A DNA stretch of 64,000 nt, from the IMG/VR virus record IMGVR_UViG_3300020379_000218, positions 45,564-109,563 of that record; one strand, 5' to 3'. The notes under the pieces are model-generated. The model was not told the DNA's origin and did not search any database. It saw only the letters and a program-made list of their open reading frames with translations. Every line of letters starts with the position of its first letter. Position 1 is the stretch's first letter. The position numbers were made by a program, and so were the translations under genes. This document shows positions 29,834 through 38,769 of the stretch, piece after piece. Source of the DNA: a virus (Duplodnaviria > Caudoviricetes).

Positions 29834-30525
29834 AAGATGTAATTAATAAGTTTCATCACGGTGACGCTTTTGATATATTTCCTAAAGTACCAGATAGAAG
29901 TATTGACTTAACATTTACAAGTCTACCTGATATATCACAAGGTCCGTGGGGCAAAGACATAGAACAATACCAAGAGTTTCAAAATAGAAGTTGCGACCAG
30001 ATGGCAAGAATTACGAAAGATGAAGGCTTCGTAGTTATATCGCAAACAGATAGAAAGATTAACGGAGAGATATTACCTAATCATATAACATATTACAATG
30101 CAATGTTAAGAAATGGTTTTGCATTGAAAGACTATAAGATTATGGTAAGAAATCATCCTGTTGATAAAAGAGATATGTATTACTTCAACTATCAACACAC
30201 ACTTGTATTTACTAAAAAAGGTACAATCAAAAGAAGTGGTGATTGGTTAAAGAACATATTAGTATATGATACAAAGAGATTAGGAAATGTAAAAGGTCCT
30301 TTTAATCTCTATGTATGGAACGATAACTTTATTAAACTTGTGGTTGATTATCTATCAAAAGAGAATGAAATAGTATTTGACCCATTTGCAGGTAGTGGAA
30401 TAGTACCTTGGATTGCAAAAGAAATGAGAAGACGATATATAGGTATTGAACTAGATAAAGAGGTTTTTGATAAATCTTACTTTAATCGTTTAGACCTGCT
30501 TGACAAGTTTGGGAAAGTAGTATAG
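29830..30525 (+). CDS. Beta-class amino-DNA-methyltransferase-like protein with altered catalytic motif
   Basis: HGDAF, DLTFTSLPD (in place of TSPPY/DPPY), VFDPFAGSG, YIGIELD. Confidence 0.75.
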   Translation: MKDVINKFHHGDAFDIFPKVPDRSIDLTFTSLPDISQGPWGKDIEQYQEFQNRSCDQMARITKDEGFVVISQTDRKINGEILPNHITYYNAMLRNGFALKDYKIMVRNHPVDKRDMYYFNYQHTLVFTKKGTIKRSGDWLKNILVYDTKRLGNVKGPFNLYVWNDNFIKLVVDYLSKENEIVFDPFAGSGIVPWIAKEMRRRYIGIELDKEVFDKSYFNRLDLLDKFGKVV

Positions 30526-30528
30526 AAT
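30500..30528 (+). promoter_or_regulatory. Sigma70-type promoter within the MTase 3' end
   Basis: TTGACA-17-TAGAAT. Confidence 0.65.
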
Positions 30529-30535
30529 GTCTATT

Positions 30536-30691
30536 ATGAATAAAAAAGAAAAAATATACGAAAGGAATCCGAACACAGGTGTTATTCGTTGGCGTTATGT
30601 AGGCGAGAGTCCTGATAAGTTTGGGTGGCCGAACTATGGCAGAATATTGCGAGAAGGAAAAAAGAAGAAGAACACTAATAACATTAAGTAA
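30536..30691 (+). CDS. Small basic protein (51 aa, not in ORF track)
   Basis: MNKKEKIYERNPNTGVIRWRYVGESPDKFGWPNYGRIL...; fills the gap after the promoter, probably leaderless. Confidence 0.55.
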   Translation: MNKKEKIYERNPNTGVIRWRYVGESPDKFGWPNYGRILREGKKKKNTNNIK

Positions 30692-30692
30692 G

Positions 30693-30842
30693 ATGAAAAT
30701 GAAAACACAACACAAAGTAGATAGAACAGATTATCAGGATGTAGCAGATTGTATAAGAAGTGACCAAGTACCTGCTAGTGCTATTGCAGAATACTTTACT
30801 GATAAAAGATTTTACAAGTGGTACAAAAAGAAATACTTATGA
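30693..30842 (+). CDS. Small hypothetical protein
   Basis: MKMKTQHKVDRTDYQDVADCIRSDQVP...; abuts both neighbours. Confidence 0.55.
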   Translation: MKMKTQHKVDRTDYQDVADCIRSDQVPASAIAEYFTDKRFYKWYKKKYL

Positions 30843-31123
30843 AAAAAGAGAGCATAGAAGACTTTTTAAAAAGAGGTGGTAAAGTAGAGAAGTTAAGACC
30901 TGGGTTTCCATTAGATGTCGGAAGTTTAGACAAGTCAAAGAAACCTAGATTTAATAAACAAGAAGTTGAGAGTGGCAAAGATAAAGGCACAGCGCCTATG
31001 CCAGACTTAACAAGTATCAGAAAACAGGAAGCATACAATGGCAACACGGTTACATATTCAGATAGTGTGCCTGTAAATGAACCTGGTAAAGGTACTGGTA
31101 AATCAGATATGAGTGGTAAATAA
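30839..31123 (+). CDS. Hypothetical protein with a SutA-like FLxRGGKV motif
   Basis: MKKESIEDFLKRGGKVEKL; ATGA overlap with upstream gene. Confidence 0.55.
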   Translation: MKKESIEDFLKRGGKVEKLRPGFPLDVGSLDKSKKPRFNKQEVESGKDKGTAPMPDLTSIRKQEAYNGNTVTYSDSVPVNEPGKGTGKSDMSGK

Positions 31124-32308
31124 ATGAAGAAATTAACAGATGTAAAAGGTAGTGCTAGTTTAGAAGATATAATGTCTGCCCAAGGCGTAGAAGTCAAAGG
31201 CGAAGAGAACATTACTAGTAAAGGAAATCTAAAAGGTTTTACAGAAGATGAAACTCAACTAGAAGAGAACATAAACGAAGTTTATAACTTCTGGCAAGAA
31301 AGAGGTTTTCCTTACTACAATACAGACCCAACTTGGCGAAAAGAAAAGATGGCGAAACTACAGGCTGTTAATTGTAAAGATTTATTAACTAAAGATAATG
31401 TAATTAAACCACACCAAGAAGGTCTATCACTTGCTTGGTCTTATATGCCACATAGTTTTGGTATCAGATGTGGTAAGATGAGAACTCCTATGGAGATATA
31501 TGAAGATGAAGAACACTTTAAGAAAGGTATCAAAAAACTATTAACTGGTTCTTTCTTTGGTAAGTATTCAGTAAGTGATTTAAAACCTGCCTCAAAGACA
31601 AAGAATGTATTAGAAATGTTTAAAGAAGGTATCACAACATACAGGTCAGAGGAATCAAAACATAAAGCAGAAAGTGTAATGAGAAGTCTATTAAGAAGAT
31701 ATACAGGAACTCAATGTGTATCTAATTTCAGACCTACAGCAGCTGCTTGTTTATATCAGAATTTTATGAAACCAGGCGAACTAGTCTGGGATATGTCAAT
31801 GGGTTATGGTGGTCGTATACTAGGTGCGATTATATCAGATGTTAATTATGTAGGTACTGACCCAGCAACATTAACATTTAAAGGACTATGTGAGATTAAA
31901 GAAGACCACGCTAGACCTAATAGACAATACTTCTTAAATAAGAAAGGTAGTGAAGTCTTTATACCTAAAGAAAATAGTTTAGACTTTGCCTTTACAAGTC
32001 CACCTTATTTCAATTGGGAACAATATTCAGATGACGCTGAACAATCATTTAAAAACTTTAGTACTAATGAAGACTGGAATAATGGCTTCTTACGAAAGAC
32101 TATACAGAATGTTTTTACTGGTTTGAAACCAGGTAAGTATATGGGTCTTAATGTAGCGAACATTAAATCACATAAAACCTTTGAAGATGATACCGTGCGA
32201 ATCGCCGTTGAGGAAGGCTTTGAACATACTGATACATACAAGTTGCAGTTGTCTTCACAAGAGAGTGGCGCTAAATACGAACCAGTGTTTATATTCAGAA
32301 AACCCTAA
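31124..32308 (+). CDS. DNA amino-methyltransferase (SPPY type)
   Basis: SNFRPTAA, WDMSMGYGGR, GTDP, FTSPPYF. Confidence 0.85.
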   Translation: MKKLTDVKGSASLEDIMSAQGVEVKGEENITSKGNLKGFTEDETQLEENINEVYNFWQERGFPYYNTDPTWRKEKMAKLQAVNCKDLLTKDNVIKPHQEGLSLAWSYMPHSFGIRCGKMRTPMEIYEDEEHFKKGIKKLLTGSFFGKYSVSDLKPASKTKNVLEMFKEGITTYRSEESKHKAESVMRSLLRRYTGTQCVSNFRPTAAACLYQNFMKPGELVWDMSMGYGGRILGAIISDVNYVGTDPATLTFKGLCEIKEDHARPNRQYFLNKKGSEVFIPKENSLDFAFTSPPYFNWEQYSDDAEQSFKNFSTNEDWNNGFLRKTIQNVFTGLKPGKYMGLNVANIKSHKTFEDDTVRIAVEEGFEHTDTYKLQLSSQESGAKYEPVFIFRKP

Positions 32309-32465
32309 AATCCCGACATACAAACATACACGGGACTACCGGAAACCCTATCCTCCGCCCTCCTAGCCCCTCGTTTTTTTAACATTTAGGGCATATTAGT
32401 ACAGATATATCAAAAACCCTCATATTTACACGCTAAAAAAAATTTAAAAAATGCTCGGAAAGTGC

Positions 32466-32494
32466 TTGACATATGTATTGGTCTATGGTATTAT
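32466..32494 (+). promoter_or_regulatory. Strong early promoter with A-tract UP element
   Basis: GC-TTGACA-17-TATTAT; near-repeat at 34901. Confidence 0.8.
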
Positions 32495-32525
32495 GTATGT
32501 ATAAATGAAAAAGGACACTAACATT

Positions 32526-34841
32526 ATGAATAAATCAACTATCAATTTTGACCAGAAGTCATCATTAGCAAAATTACTTGCTACAGAAAATCTACAAGTA
32601 CAACACGACAATGTAAAAACTGCTTCTTTTAATTTAGAAGACAGGATACTTACAATACCAGTTTTCAAAAAACCTGAAGGTGCTGTATATGATATGTTGA
32701 TTGCACACGAAGTTGCTCACGCTTTACATACGCCAACTAAAGAATGGCAGACTTCTGTAGTTGTGAATAAAGAATTAAGAGATTATATTAATGTCCTAGA
32801 AGATTGCAGAATTGATAAGATAATCAAAAAACAATATCCTGGTGTAGTACAAGACTATAAAGATGGTTTCAAAATATTATGGTCAGATAACTTCTTTGGT
32901 TGTAATGATAAAGATTTAGATACTGAATTAATGTTGATTGATAAAATCAACCTATTCTATAAGTCTTCTGAAACTTTACCATTTGATTTAAATAATGTTG
33001 AAAAGTTATGGTTCAATGAAGTTGAGAAAGTTGTTACCTTTGATGATGTTGTTGAACTTGCAAAAAAGATTGCTGACTTTCAGAAAAAAGAAAACGAAAA
33101 ATTACAAAAGTTACCAGACTTTGATAGTCATCCTTTGACTTTAATGTATGGTGAAAAAGAAGAAAAGGACGAAGAAGAAAAAAATGATAATCAATCCTCA
33201 AATTCGCAACCTCAATCGTCTGAACAATCTAACGAAGAACAGACGGAGAGTGGAGAAGATACACAAAACAAACCAGAACAATCTGAAAACTCCGAAGAAA
33301 AAAACGGAGAAGGAAACGATAAATCAGACGACAAAAAAGAAGACGATAAATCTGGTGATTTAGAAAAGGTTACTGGTAATCCTGACGGTGCCGGTGCTGA
33401 TAAAAAGATTAATATGCCTTTGAAGTCTATTACTACTGAAAAGGCTGAAGAGAATACTCAAAAAGATTATGTGAATACCGAACATAGAGGTTATTCATAT
33501 ATGAATTTACCAGAAGCAAATTTAGATGATATTATTGTTTCTCCTAAAAAATGGTTAAAAGAAAACATCAAAAATGCTAATCAGTATAAATCAACTTATG
33601 TTGACAATATGGCAAGATTTAAAACTTTCCATAGAGATAGTAAAAAGACTATTCAGTATCTTGTAAAAGAATTTGAAATGAAGAAGTCTGCTGATGGTTA
33701 TAAAAGAATGACTACTGATAAAACTGGTATCATTGACCCATTGAAATTAAAAGACTACAAATTTTCAGAAGACATTTTCAAAAGAATGTCTGTTATTCCT
33801 GACGCTAAAAACCACGGTATGATTTTATTACTTGATTGGTCAGGTAGTATGGCAAATGTAATTGATAAAACAACTGAACAATTATGTCAGTTAGTTTGGT
33901 TCGTAAAACAAATTAATATACCTTTCAAAGTATATTTCTTTTCAGATAAGATTGACTTTTCAGATGAGCAAGTATACGGTAGAGACAGATGGTCTACTAT
34001 GAGAGAAAGAAGAAAACTAATGAAGTCATTTAAATACAAAGCAGGTGACGCTCATTTTGATGATTTTAATTTAGTTGAAGTTGCAAACCACACTATGAAA
34101 AAAGGTGAACTTGAACAATCTCTAATGTTCTTGTGGTCATATTCAAAATACTACAATGACGGAAGAAGATGGACTAGAGACGGTGAGTATATTGAGTATC
34201 TTTATCCACCATCTGCTTTTCACTTATGTTCAACACCTTTGAATGAAGCACTTGCTACAATGTATAGAATTATACCAGTGTTCAAACAAAAATATCAAGT
34301 TGACAAAATGTCATTAATTACTTTGACAGATGGTCACTCTAATAATGATAACAAGTCTACTTACAAAACTTGTGAAGAAGGTCTTGGAATTAAAAGAGAC
34401 GGTTATGGTAAGAAAGCATTATTAAAGATTGGTACAAAGTATATTCAATCAAAAGGTAATACAACTTCTTTATTACTTCAAGGACTTAAAAAGAAATTCA
34501 ATATTACAACTATCGGTTTCTTCATTGTTAAAACTAGAAGAAGTTGGGAGTTTGAAAGATACCTTGGAGTTGACCATATAAAAGACTACTCTTTAAGAGA
34601 ACAAAAGATTATGACTTTGAAAAAAGAGTTTAGTAAGAATAAATCTTGTTCTACAATGCAAGAAGGATATAATGAATTTTATCTTATTAATGGTAAGGAT
34701 ATGTCAGTACAAAATGCTAACCTTAATGAGTTAAAAGAAGACGCTAAGAAAGGTGATATTAAGAGAATATTCACTAAATCAATGAAATCCAGAACGGTAT
34801 CCAGAGTGCTGTTAAGTAAATTTATCAGACAGGTTGCCTAA
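32526..34841 (+). CDS. HExxH metallopeptidase plus vWA domain protein (CobT-like partner of MoxR ATPase)
   Basis: AHEVAH, NVLEDCRI, acidic linker, MIDAS DWSGS, STPLNEAL, LTDG. Confidence 0.85.
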   Translation: MNKSTINFDQKSSLAKLLATENLQVQHDNVKTASFNLEDRILTIPVFKKPEGAVYDMLIAHEVAHALHTPTKEWQTSVVVNKELRDYINVLEDCRIDKIIKKQYPGVVQDYKDGFKILWSDNFFGCNDKDLDTELMLIDKINLFYKSSETLPFDLNNVEKLWFNEVEKVVTFDDVVELAKKIADFQKKENEKLQKLPDFDSHPLTLMYGEKEEKDEEEKNDNQSSNSQPQSSEQSNEEQTESGEDTQNKPEQSENSEEKNGEGNDKSDDKKEDDKSGDLEKVTGNPDGAGADKKINMPLKSITTEKAEENTQKDYVNTEHRGYSYMNLPEANLDDIIVSPKKWLKENIKNANQYKSTYVDNMARFKTFHRDSKKTIQYLVKEFEMKKSADGYKRMTTDKTGIIDPLKLKDYKFSEDIFKRMSVIPDAKNHGMILLLDWSGSMANVIDKTTEQLCQLVWFVKQINIPFKVYFFSDKIDFSDEQVYGRDRWSTMRERRKLMKSFKYKAGDAHFDDFNLVEVANHTMKKGELEQSLMFLWSYSKYYNDGRRWTRDGEYIEYLYPPSAFHLCSTPLNEALATMYRIIPVFKQKYQVDKMSLITLTDGHSNNDNKSTYKTCEEGLGIKRDGYGKKALLKIGTKYIQSKGNTTSLLLQGLKKKFNITTIGFFIVKTRRSWEFERYLGVDHIKDYSLREQKIMTLKKEFSKNKSCSTMQEGYNEFYLINGKDMSVQNANLNELKEDAKKGDIKRIFTKSMKSRTVSRVLLSKFIRQVA

Positions 34842-34900
34842 TGGGGGAGAAATCGTTGAAAAATATGATGAAAAAAAATGAAAAAATGCTCACTTTTTGC

Positions 34901-34929
34901 TTGACATATGCTAAAAAGTGTGGTATTAT
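34901..34929 (+). promoter_or_regulatory. Strong early promoter
   Basis: GC-TTGACA-17-TATTAT with upstream A tracts. Confidence 0.8.
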
Positions 34930-34961
34930 GTATGTATAAAATGAAGAAAGGACAAAACACT

Positions 34962-36209
34962 ATGTTAAAACTAAATGATAAACAACTTGAATTCGTAAAT
35001 GAGTGTTCAAAGTTGTTCCCTAATAAAGATACTTTAGATAATGCTGAATTATTGTCAGTATCTAAATCTCTTGGAATGAATTTCAAACCACAATGGTTGG
35101 TTAGAAATCCAGATTTAAGAGTTGGTAGAGGTCAATACAAAATCCCGATGAACGGTGAGATTACTTCTACTGCCAAAGTTATTCCTAATATCTTAAATGA
35201 TGATAAGAAGGCACCTGCTGATGATACTGAAAAGGTTGTTGCTACTGATACTAAATCAGAAGCTGCATATGTTGTATCTTCACTAGTTGACAATCTTGTT
35301 CCTAAAAAAGATGAGACTTTTGTTTCATTTGGAAATCATCCTGATGTTAGAAATATCATAAAATCAAAACAATTTTATCCGATATTCATTACTGGTCTTT
35401 CTGGTAACGGTAAGACTTTTTCAGTTGTTCAGGCTGCTGCCGAAGCAAAAAGAGAACTGATAAGAGTTAACATTACAATTGAGACCGATGAAGATGATTT
35501 ACTCGGAGGATACAGATTAAGAGACGGTCAAACCGTTTGGCAAAATGGTCCTGTTATTGAAGCAATGGAAAGAGGTGCAATCCTTTTACTTGATGAAGTT
35601 GACCTTGCTTCTAATAAGATTATGTGTCTACAACCAATCCTTGAAGGTAACGGAGTTTATGTTAAGAAGATTAACAAATTCGTTAAACCAAATATTGGTT
35701 TCAATGTAGTCGCTACTGCCAACACTAAAGGTCAAGGAAGTGATGATGGTAAGTTTATCGGTACTAACATACTGAACGAAGCTTTCCTAGAAAGATTTCC
35801 TGTAACCTTTGAACAGCAGTATCCTGCTGCCAAAACTGAACAAAAGATACTTAACAATACTCTTGCTCAAACTGGTAAGAAAGATGAAAAGTATGTTGAG
35901 AAGTTATCTACTTGGGCAGATGTAATCAGAAAAACCTACTTTGACGGTGGGGTTGATGAGATTATATCAACAAGAAGATTAGTCCACATTGTTCAAGCAT
36001 ATTCAATCTTTGGTAATAAGATGAAGGCTATTGAATTGTGTACTAACAGATTTGATAACGATACAAAAGCTTCTTTTGTTGACTTATACACCAAAGTGGA
36101 CGCTGGGGCAACTGCTGAAAGCATTGCCGAAATGCAGAAACAAGAGGCGTTAAAGGAACAAATGATGTCCAATGATAGTGAGGAAGAAGACGAGGAAGAC
36201 CTTGTCTAA
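34962..36209 (+). CDS. cobS: CobS-like MoxR AAA+ ATPase
   Basis: GLSGNGKT, DEDDLLGG, LLLDEVD, TANTKG, NEAFLERF, ISTRRL. Confidence 0.9.
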   Translation: MLKLNDKQLEFVNECSKLFPNKDTLDNAELLSVSKSLGMNFKPQWLVRNPDLRVGRGQYKIPMNGEITSTAKVIPNILNDDKKAPADDTEKVVATDTKSEAAYVVSSLVDNLVPKKDETFVSFGNHPDVRNIIKSKQFYPIFITGLSGNGKTFSVVQAAAEAKRELIRVNITIETDEDDLLGGYRLRDGQTVWQNGPVIEAMERGAILLLDEVDLASNKIMCLQPILEGNGVYVKKINKFVKPNIGFNVVATANTKGQGSDDGKFIGTNILNEAFLERFPVTFEQQYPAAKTEQKILNNTLAQTGKKDEKYVEKLSTWADVIRKTYFDGGVDEIISTRRLVHIVQAYSIFGNKMKAIELCTNRFDNDTKASFVDLYTKVDAGATAESIAEMQKQEALKEQMMSNDSEEEDEEDLV

Positions 36210-36233
36210 AAAATCTATCCATAGTGTGGTCCT

Positions 36234-36267
36234 TGGAGAGAGGTGTAGTGGCCTCTCTCCACTTTTT
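36234..36267 (+). terminator. Intrinsic terminator after cobS
   Basis: TGGAGAGAGGT-gtagtg-GCCTCTCTCCA followed by CTTTTT. Confidence 0.75.
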
Positions 36268-36295
36268 CACACTAGAATAAATATGAAGGATAACT

Positions 36296-36568
36296 ATGAA
36301 ATATAATGAAGATAAAATAATTAAAGAAATAAAAGACTATGTTGAAGGTACATATGGTGAACACTATAGTACTACAAAAGATGGTTTTCAAGTCCAAGAT
36401 ATGTTAAGGCACTTGAATATAGATAAAGACTTTTGCCAGGCTAATGCAATTAAATATTTGTGTAGATATGGTAAGAAGGCAGGTAGAAATAGAAAGGATT
36501 TGTTAAAAGCAATCCACTATGTTATTCTATTGATGTCTAGTGAAGACAACGATAAAGGTAAAAAATGA
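36296..36568 (+). CDS. DUF3310-like protein
   Basis: HY...FCQANAIKYLCRYGKK...DLLKAIHY. Confidence 0.75.
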   Translation: MKYNEDKIIKEIKDYVEGTYGEHYSTTKDGFQVQDMLRHLNIDKDFCQANAIKYLCRYGKKAGRNRKDLLKAIHYVILLMSSEDNDKGKK

Positions 36569-36777
36569 GTACAGATGTTTTAGGATACAGCTCACACGAT
36601 TGGCGTAAACATACAGATGACGCTGTTATTGAAGATGGTGAACACATTTTAAAAGTAAATGATAGTAGGGTATTATTTAAAAACCCAAAAACATTGAAAG
36701 AGGAAAATGTTGATGTGTCCAGATTGATTAGAGTTTTTGTAAATAATAGAGACGACTTGAAAAGGAGTGTTAAATGA
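36565..36777 (+). CDS. Hypothetical protein
   Basis: ATGA overlaps on both sides. Confidence 0.6.
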   Translation: MSTDVLGYSSHDWRKHTDDAVIEDGEHILKVNDSRVLFKNPKTLKEENVDVSRLIRVFVNNRDDLKRSVK

Positions 36778-37424
36778 TGAGTATGAAATTTAAAGTACAA
36801 GTGAAAACTCAAACTTTGAGGTATAGTTTAAATCAAGGTTATGAGATTGTTGCCTTTCCTATGAAAGATAGTCAGATACAAAATTTATTACAGACCAAGT
36901 TTTGTTATTTTTTCGGTACAGGAGATTATAATTTACCACCTACAATAGGTCATAGACGAGAAGGTGAGGTTGTTCGTGCCAACTCAAAAGACTTACACAA
37001 ATGGTTAACAGAAGATATGGGAAAGTACTTTCCTAATAATGAAATGCTTATGAATAAAATGAGTAAGAACGGATTTAAGAGAGGGTTTGATATGAGAGAC
37101 CCTTGGGTAAACATACCTATCAACCATCAAGGTACTAAAGGTTGGTTGAAGAAGACAGGTCAGATTACCGATAAAACTGAATTAGAACACCTACGACATA
37201 TGGGTACTTCTAAATACTCTTCTAATGTAGCAGATACGGTATATAGAGATAACAAAAATAAAATAGATACAAATGTTATGGGTAAAAAAGGTACCGTTGG
37301 TGAGAATGTAATTACAAATTACTTTAAAAAACAACCAGGTGTTATATCAGTTGTACCAAGTGGTGATGTATATGCCAAGTGGGATTTAGAAATAGAGTAT
37401 GAAAAGATGAAGGAGGTAATATAA
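36774..37424 (+). CDS. Hypothetical protein
   Basis: 216 aa, AGGAG RBS, no motif recognised. Confidence 0.6.
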   Translation: MMSMKFKVQVKTQTLRYSLNQGYEIVAFPMKDSQIQNLLQTKFCYFFGTGDYNLPPTIGHRREGEVVRANSKDLHKWLTEDMGKYFPNNEMLMNKMSKNGFKRGFDMRDPWVNIPINHQGTKGWLKKTGQITDKTELEHLRHMGTSKYSSNVADTVYRDNKNKIDTNVMGKKGTVGENVITNYFKKQPGVISVVPSGDVYAKWDLEIEYEKMKEVI

Positions 37425-37634
37425 GTGGGTATACTAGTAACCGTTCGTAATGGTAACTTGGAACAAGCAATGAGAGTGCTTAAGAAAAAAGTTGCTAAAG
37501 AAGGTTTAGTTAAAGAGCTGCGTCAACGACAATACTATGAGAAACCTAGTGATAAGAAAATCCGTAAAAAGAAAGAAAACACTAGAGCGTGGATGAAAAA
37601 GCAGAAAAAACTAAAAGCACAAAGAGGATATTAA
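37425..37634 (+). CDS. rpsU: Ribosomal protein bS21
   Basis: VTVRNGNLEQAMRVLKKK, RQYYEKPS; AGGAGG RBS, GTG start. Confidence 0.93.
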   Translation: MGILVTVRNGNLEQAMRVLKKKVAKEGLVKELRQRQYYEKPSDKKIRKKKENTRAWMKKQKKLKAQRGY

Positions 37635-37675
37635 AGAATTTGTCCTCCTCTCTTATGAGAGTGTATATATAATAT

Positions 37676-37851
37676 GTTAGGCTATTCGTAAGACCTAATG
37701 AGGACAAAGGGTGCCGTAATTACCCAATACAGATAGAGTATTAAATACGGTGTCGCTAGAGTTTTTTTGGGGTGTCCCTGTGGTTCTTCTCTTTAAAAAA
37801 GAACCTAAAGCGCTGAGAGTTTTGGCAGTATACTCTTTAAAGAAACTGCCA
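37676..37851 (+). ncRNA. Putative structured ncRNA with a 5' hairpin and three H-type pseudoknots
   Basis: ORF-free gap with nested complementary pairs (see findings); TATATATAAT element at 37664-37673. Confidence 0.55.
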
Positions 37852-37858
37852 CTTTAAT

Positions 37859-38080
37859 ATGAGACGAGAAAAGAAGTTGAATGAATTTGATATTGAGGCA
37901 AAGACTTCAGGTGGTGCAGTATTTGAGTTAGGTGTAAAAACCTCTAAAGAAAGCACAGCGATTAGAAGACTTGCTGAACCTTTAATGAATAAACATTGGA
38001 AAGGTCAGGTAACTAATTTACATAGAATATATAAAGTTGCCGCCTATCTATTAAAAAGAAGTAAAAGGCTTGACAAATGA
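37859..38080 (+). CDS. Hypothetical protein
   Basis: 73-aa ORF; weak RBS. Confidence 0.5.
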   Translation: MRREKKLNEFDIEAKTSGGAVFELGVKTSKESTAIRRLAEPLMNKHWKGQVTNLHRIYKVAAYLLKRSKRLDK

Positions 38081-38101
38081 GATATAATGATTATATAAAT
38101 A
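38070..38101 (+). promoter_or_regulatory. Composite sigma70/late promoter for Hsp20
   Basis: TTGACA(38070) and TATAAATA(38094); leader hairpin GAGAAC...GTTCTC (38107-38128). Confidence 0.65.
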
Positions 38102-38163
38102 ACTATGAGAACGCCATAATGGGTTCTCTAAACATTAACTTTGCTTAACAATAGGAGGTTACA

Positions 38164-38610
38164 ATGACCAATCACAGAGCAATTTCATTTTTTAACAATT
38201 TAAGACCTATGACCGTAGGGTTTGATGATGTATTTAATAGTTTTGAAACTATGTTAGATACTACAGACTTCGGTAATAGAGTCCCTAACTTTCCACCTTA
38301 CAATATCGTAAAGACTGGAGACTTTACTTACGACATAGAGTTGGCATTAGCAGGATACTCAAAAGCAGATGTATCTGTTGATTATGCCGATAGTGTTTTA
38401 TCTATCAAATCTTTACATAAAGACGAAGATAGTAAAAAAGGTCCTGAGGTTATACACAAAGGTATTGCGAAAAGACATTTTAGTAGGTCTTTCACAATCG
38501 CTGATGATGTAGAAATCAAAGGTGCCGAACTCAAAGACGGACTTTTAAAAGTCAGTTTAGAGAAGATTGTTCCAGATAGTAAGAAACCTAGAACAATCAA
38601 AATCAAATAG
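38164..38610 (+). CDS. hsp20: Small heat shock protein (IbpA-like)
   Basis: FPPYNI, IELALAG, HKGIAKRHFSRSF, AELKDGLL. Confidence 0.95.
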   Translation: MTNHRAISFFNNLRPMTVGFDDVFNSFETMLDTTDFGNRVPNFPPYNIVKTGDFTYDIELALAGYSKADVSVDYADSVLSIKSLHKDEDSKKGPEVIHKGIAKRHFSRSFTIADDVEIKGAELKDGLLKVSLEKIVPDSKKPRTIKIK

Positions 38611-38769
38611 TGGTTGAATAAGATTCACACATATTTGGTTATAACAACACAGACAGGAGAATAGGATTTAGGCGATGGGAAGCGCCAGATAGAATTCAAC
38701 CATCGCCTATTGACTTGTTTCTCGTATTATGTTATATTAACTGAATTGAATTAACACATAAGGATAATT

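Noticed and set aside
33148-33400. Low-complexity A-rich stretch as a repeat element
   Set aside because: It encodes the acidic linker of the peptidase-vWA protein
32526-36209. Cobalamin synthesis role for the CobT/CobS-like pair
   Set aside because: No CobN or other cob genes in the window; better read as a MoxR-vWA chaperone/peptidase pair common in marine T4-like phages
37676-37851. tmRNA, or preQ1/SAM-V riboswitch, as the identity of the pseudoknot array
   Set aside because: No tRNA-like domain or tag frame seen; only architectural resemblance to preQ1-I, without recognisable ligand-binding consensus
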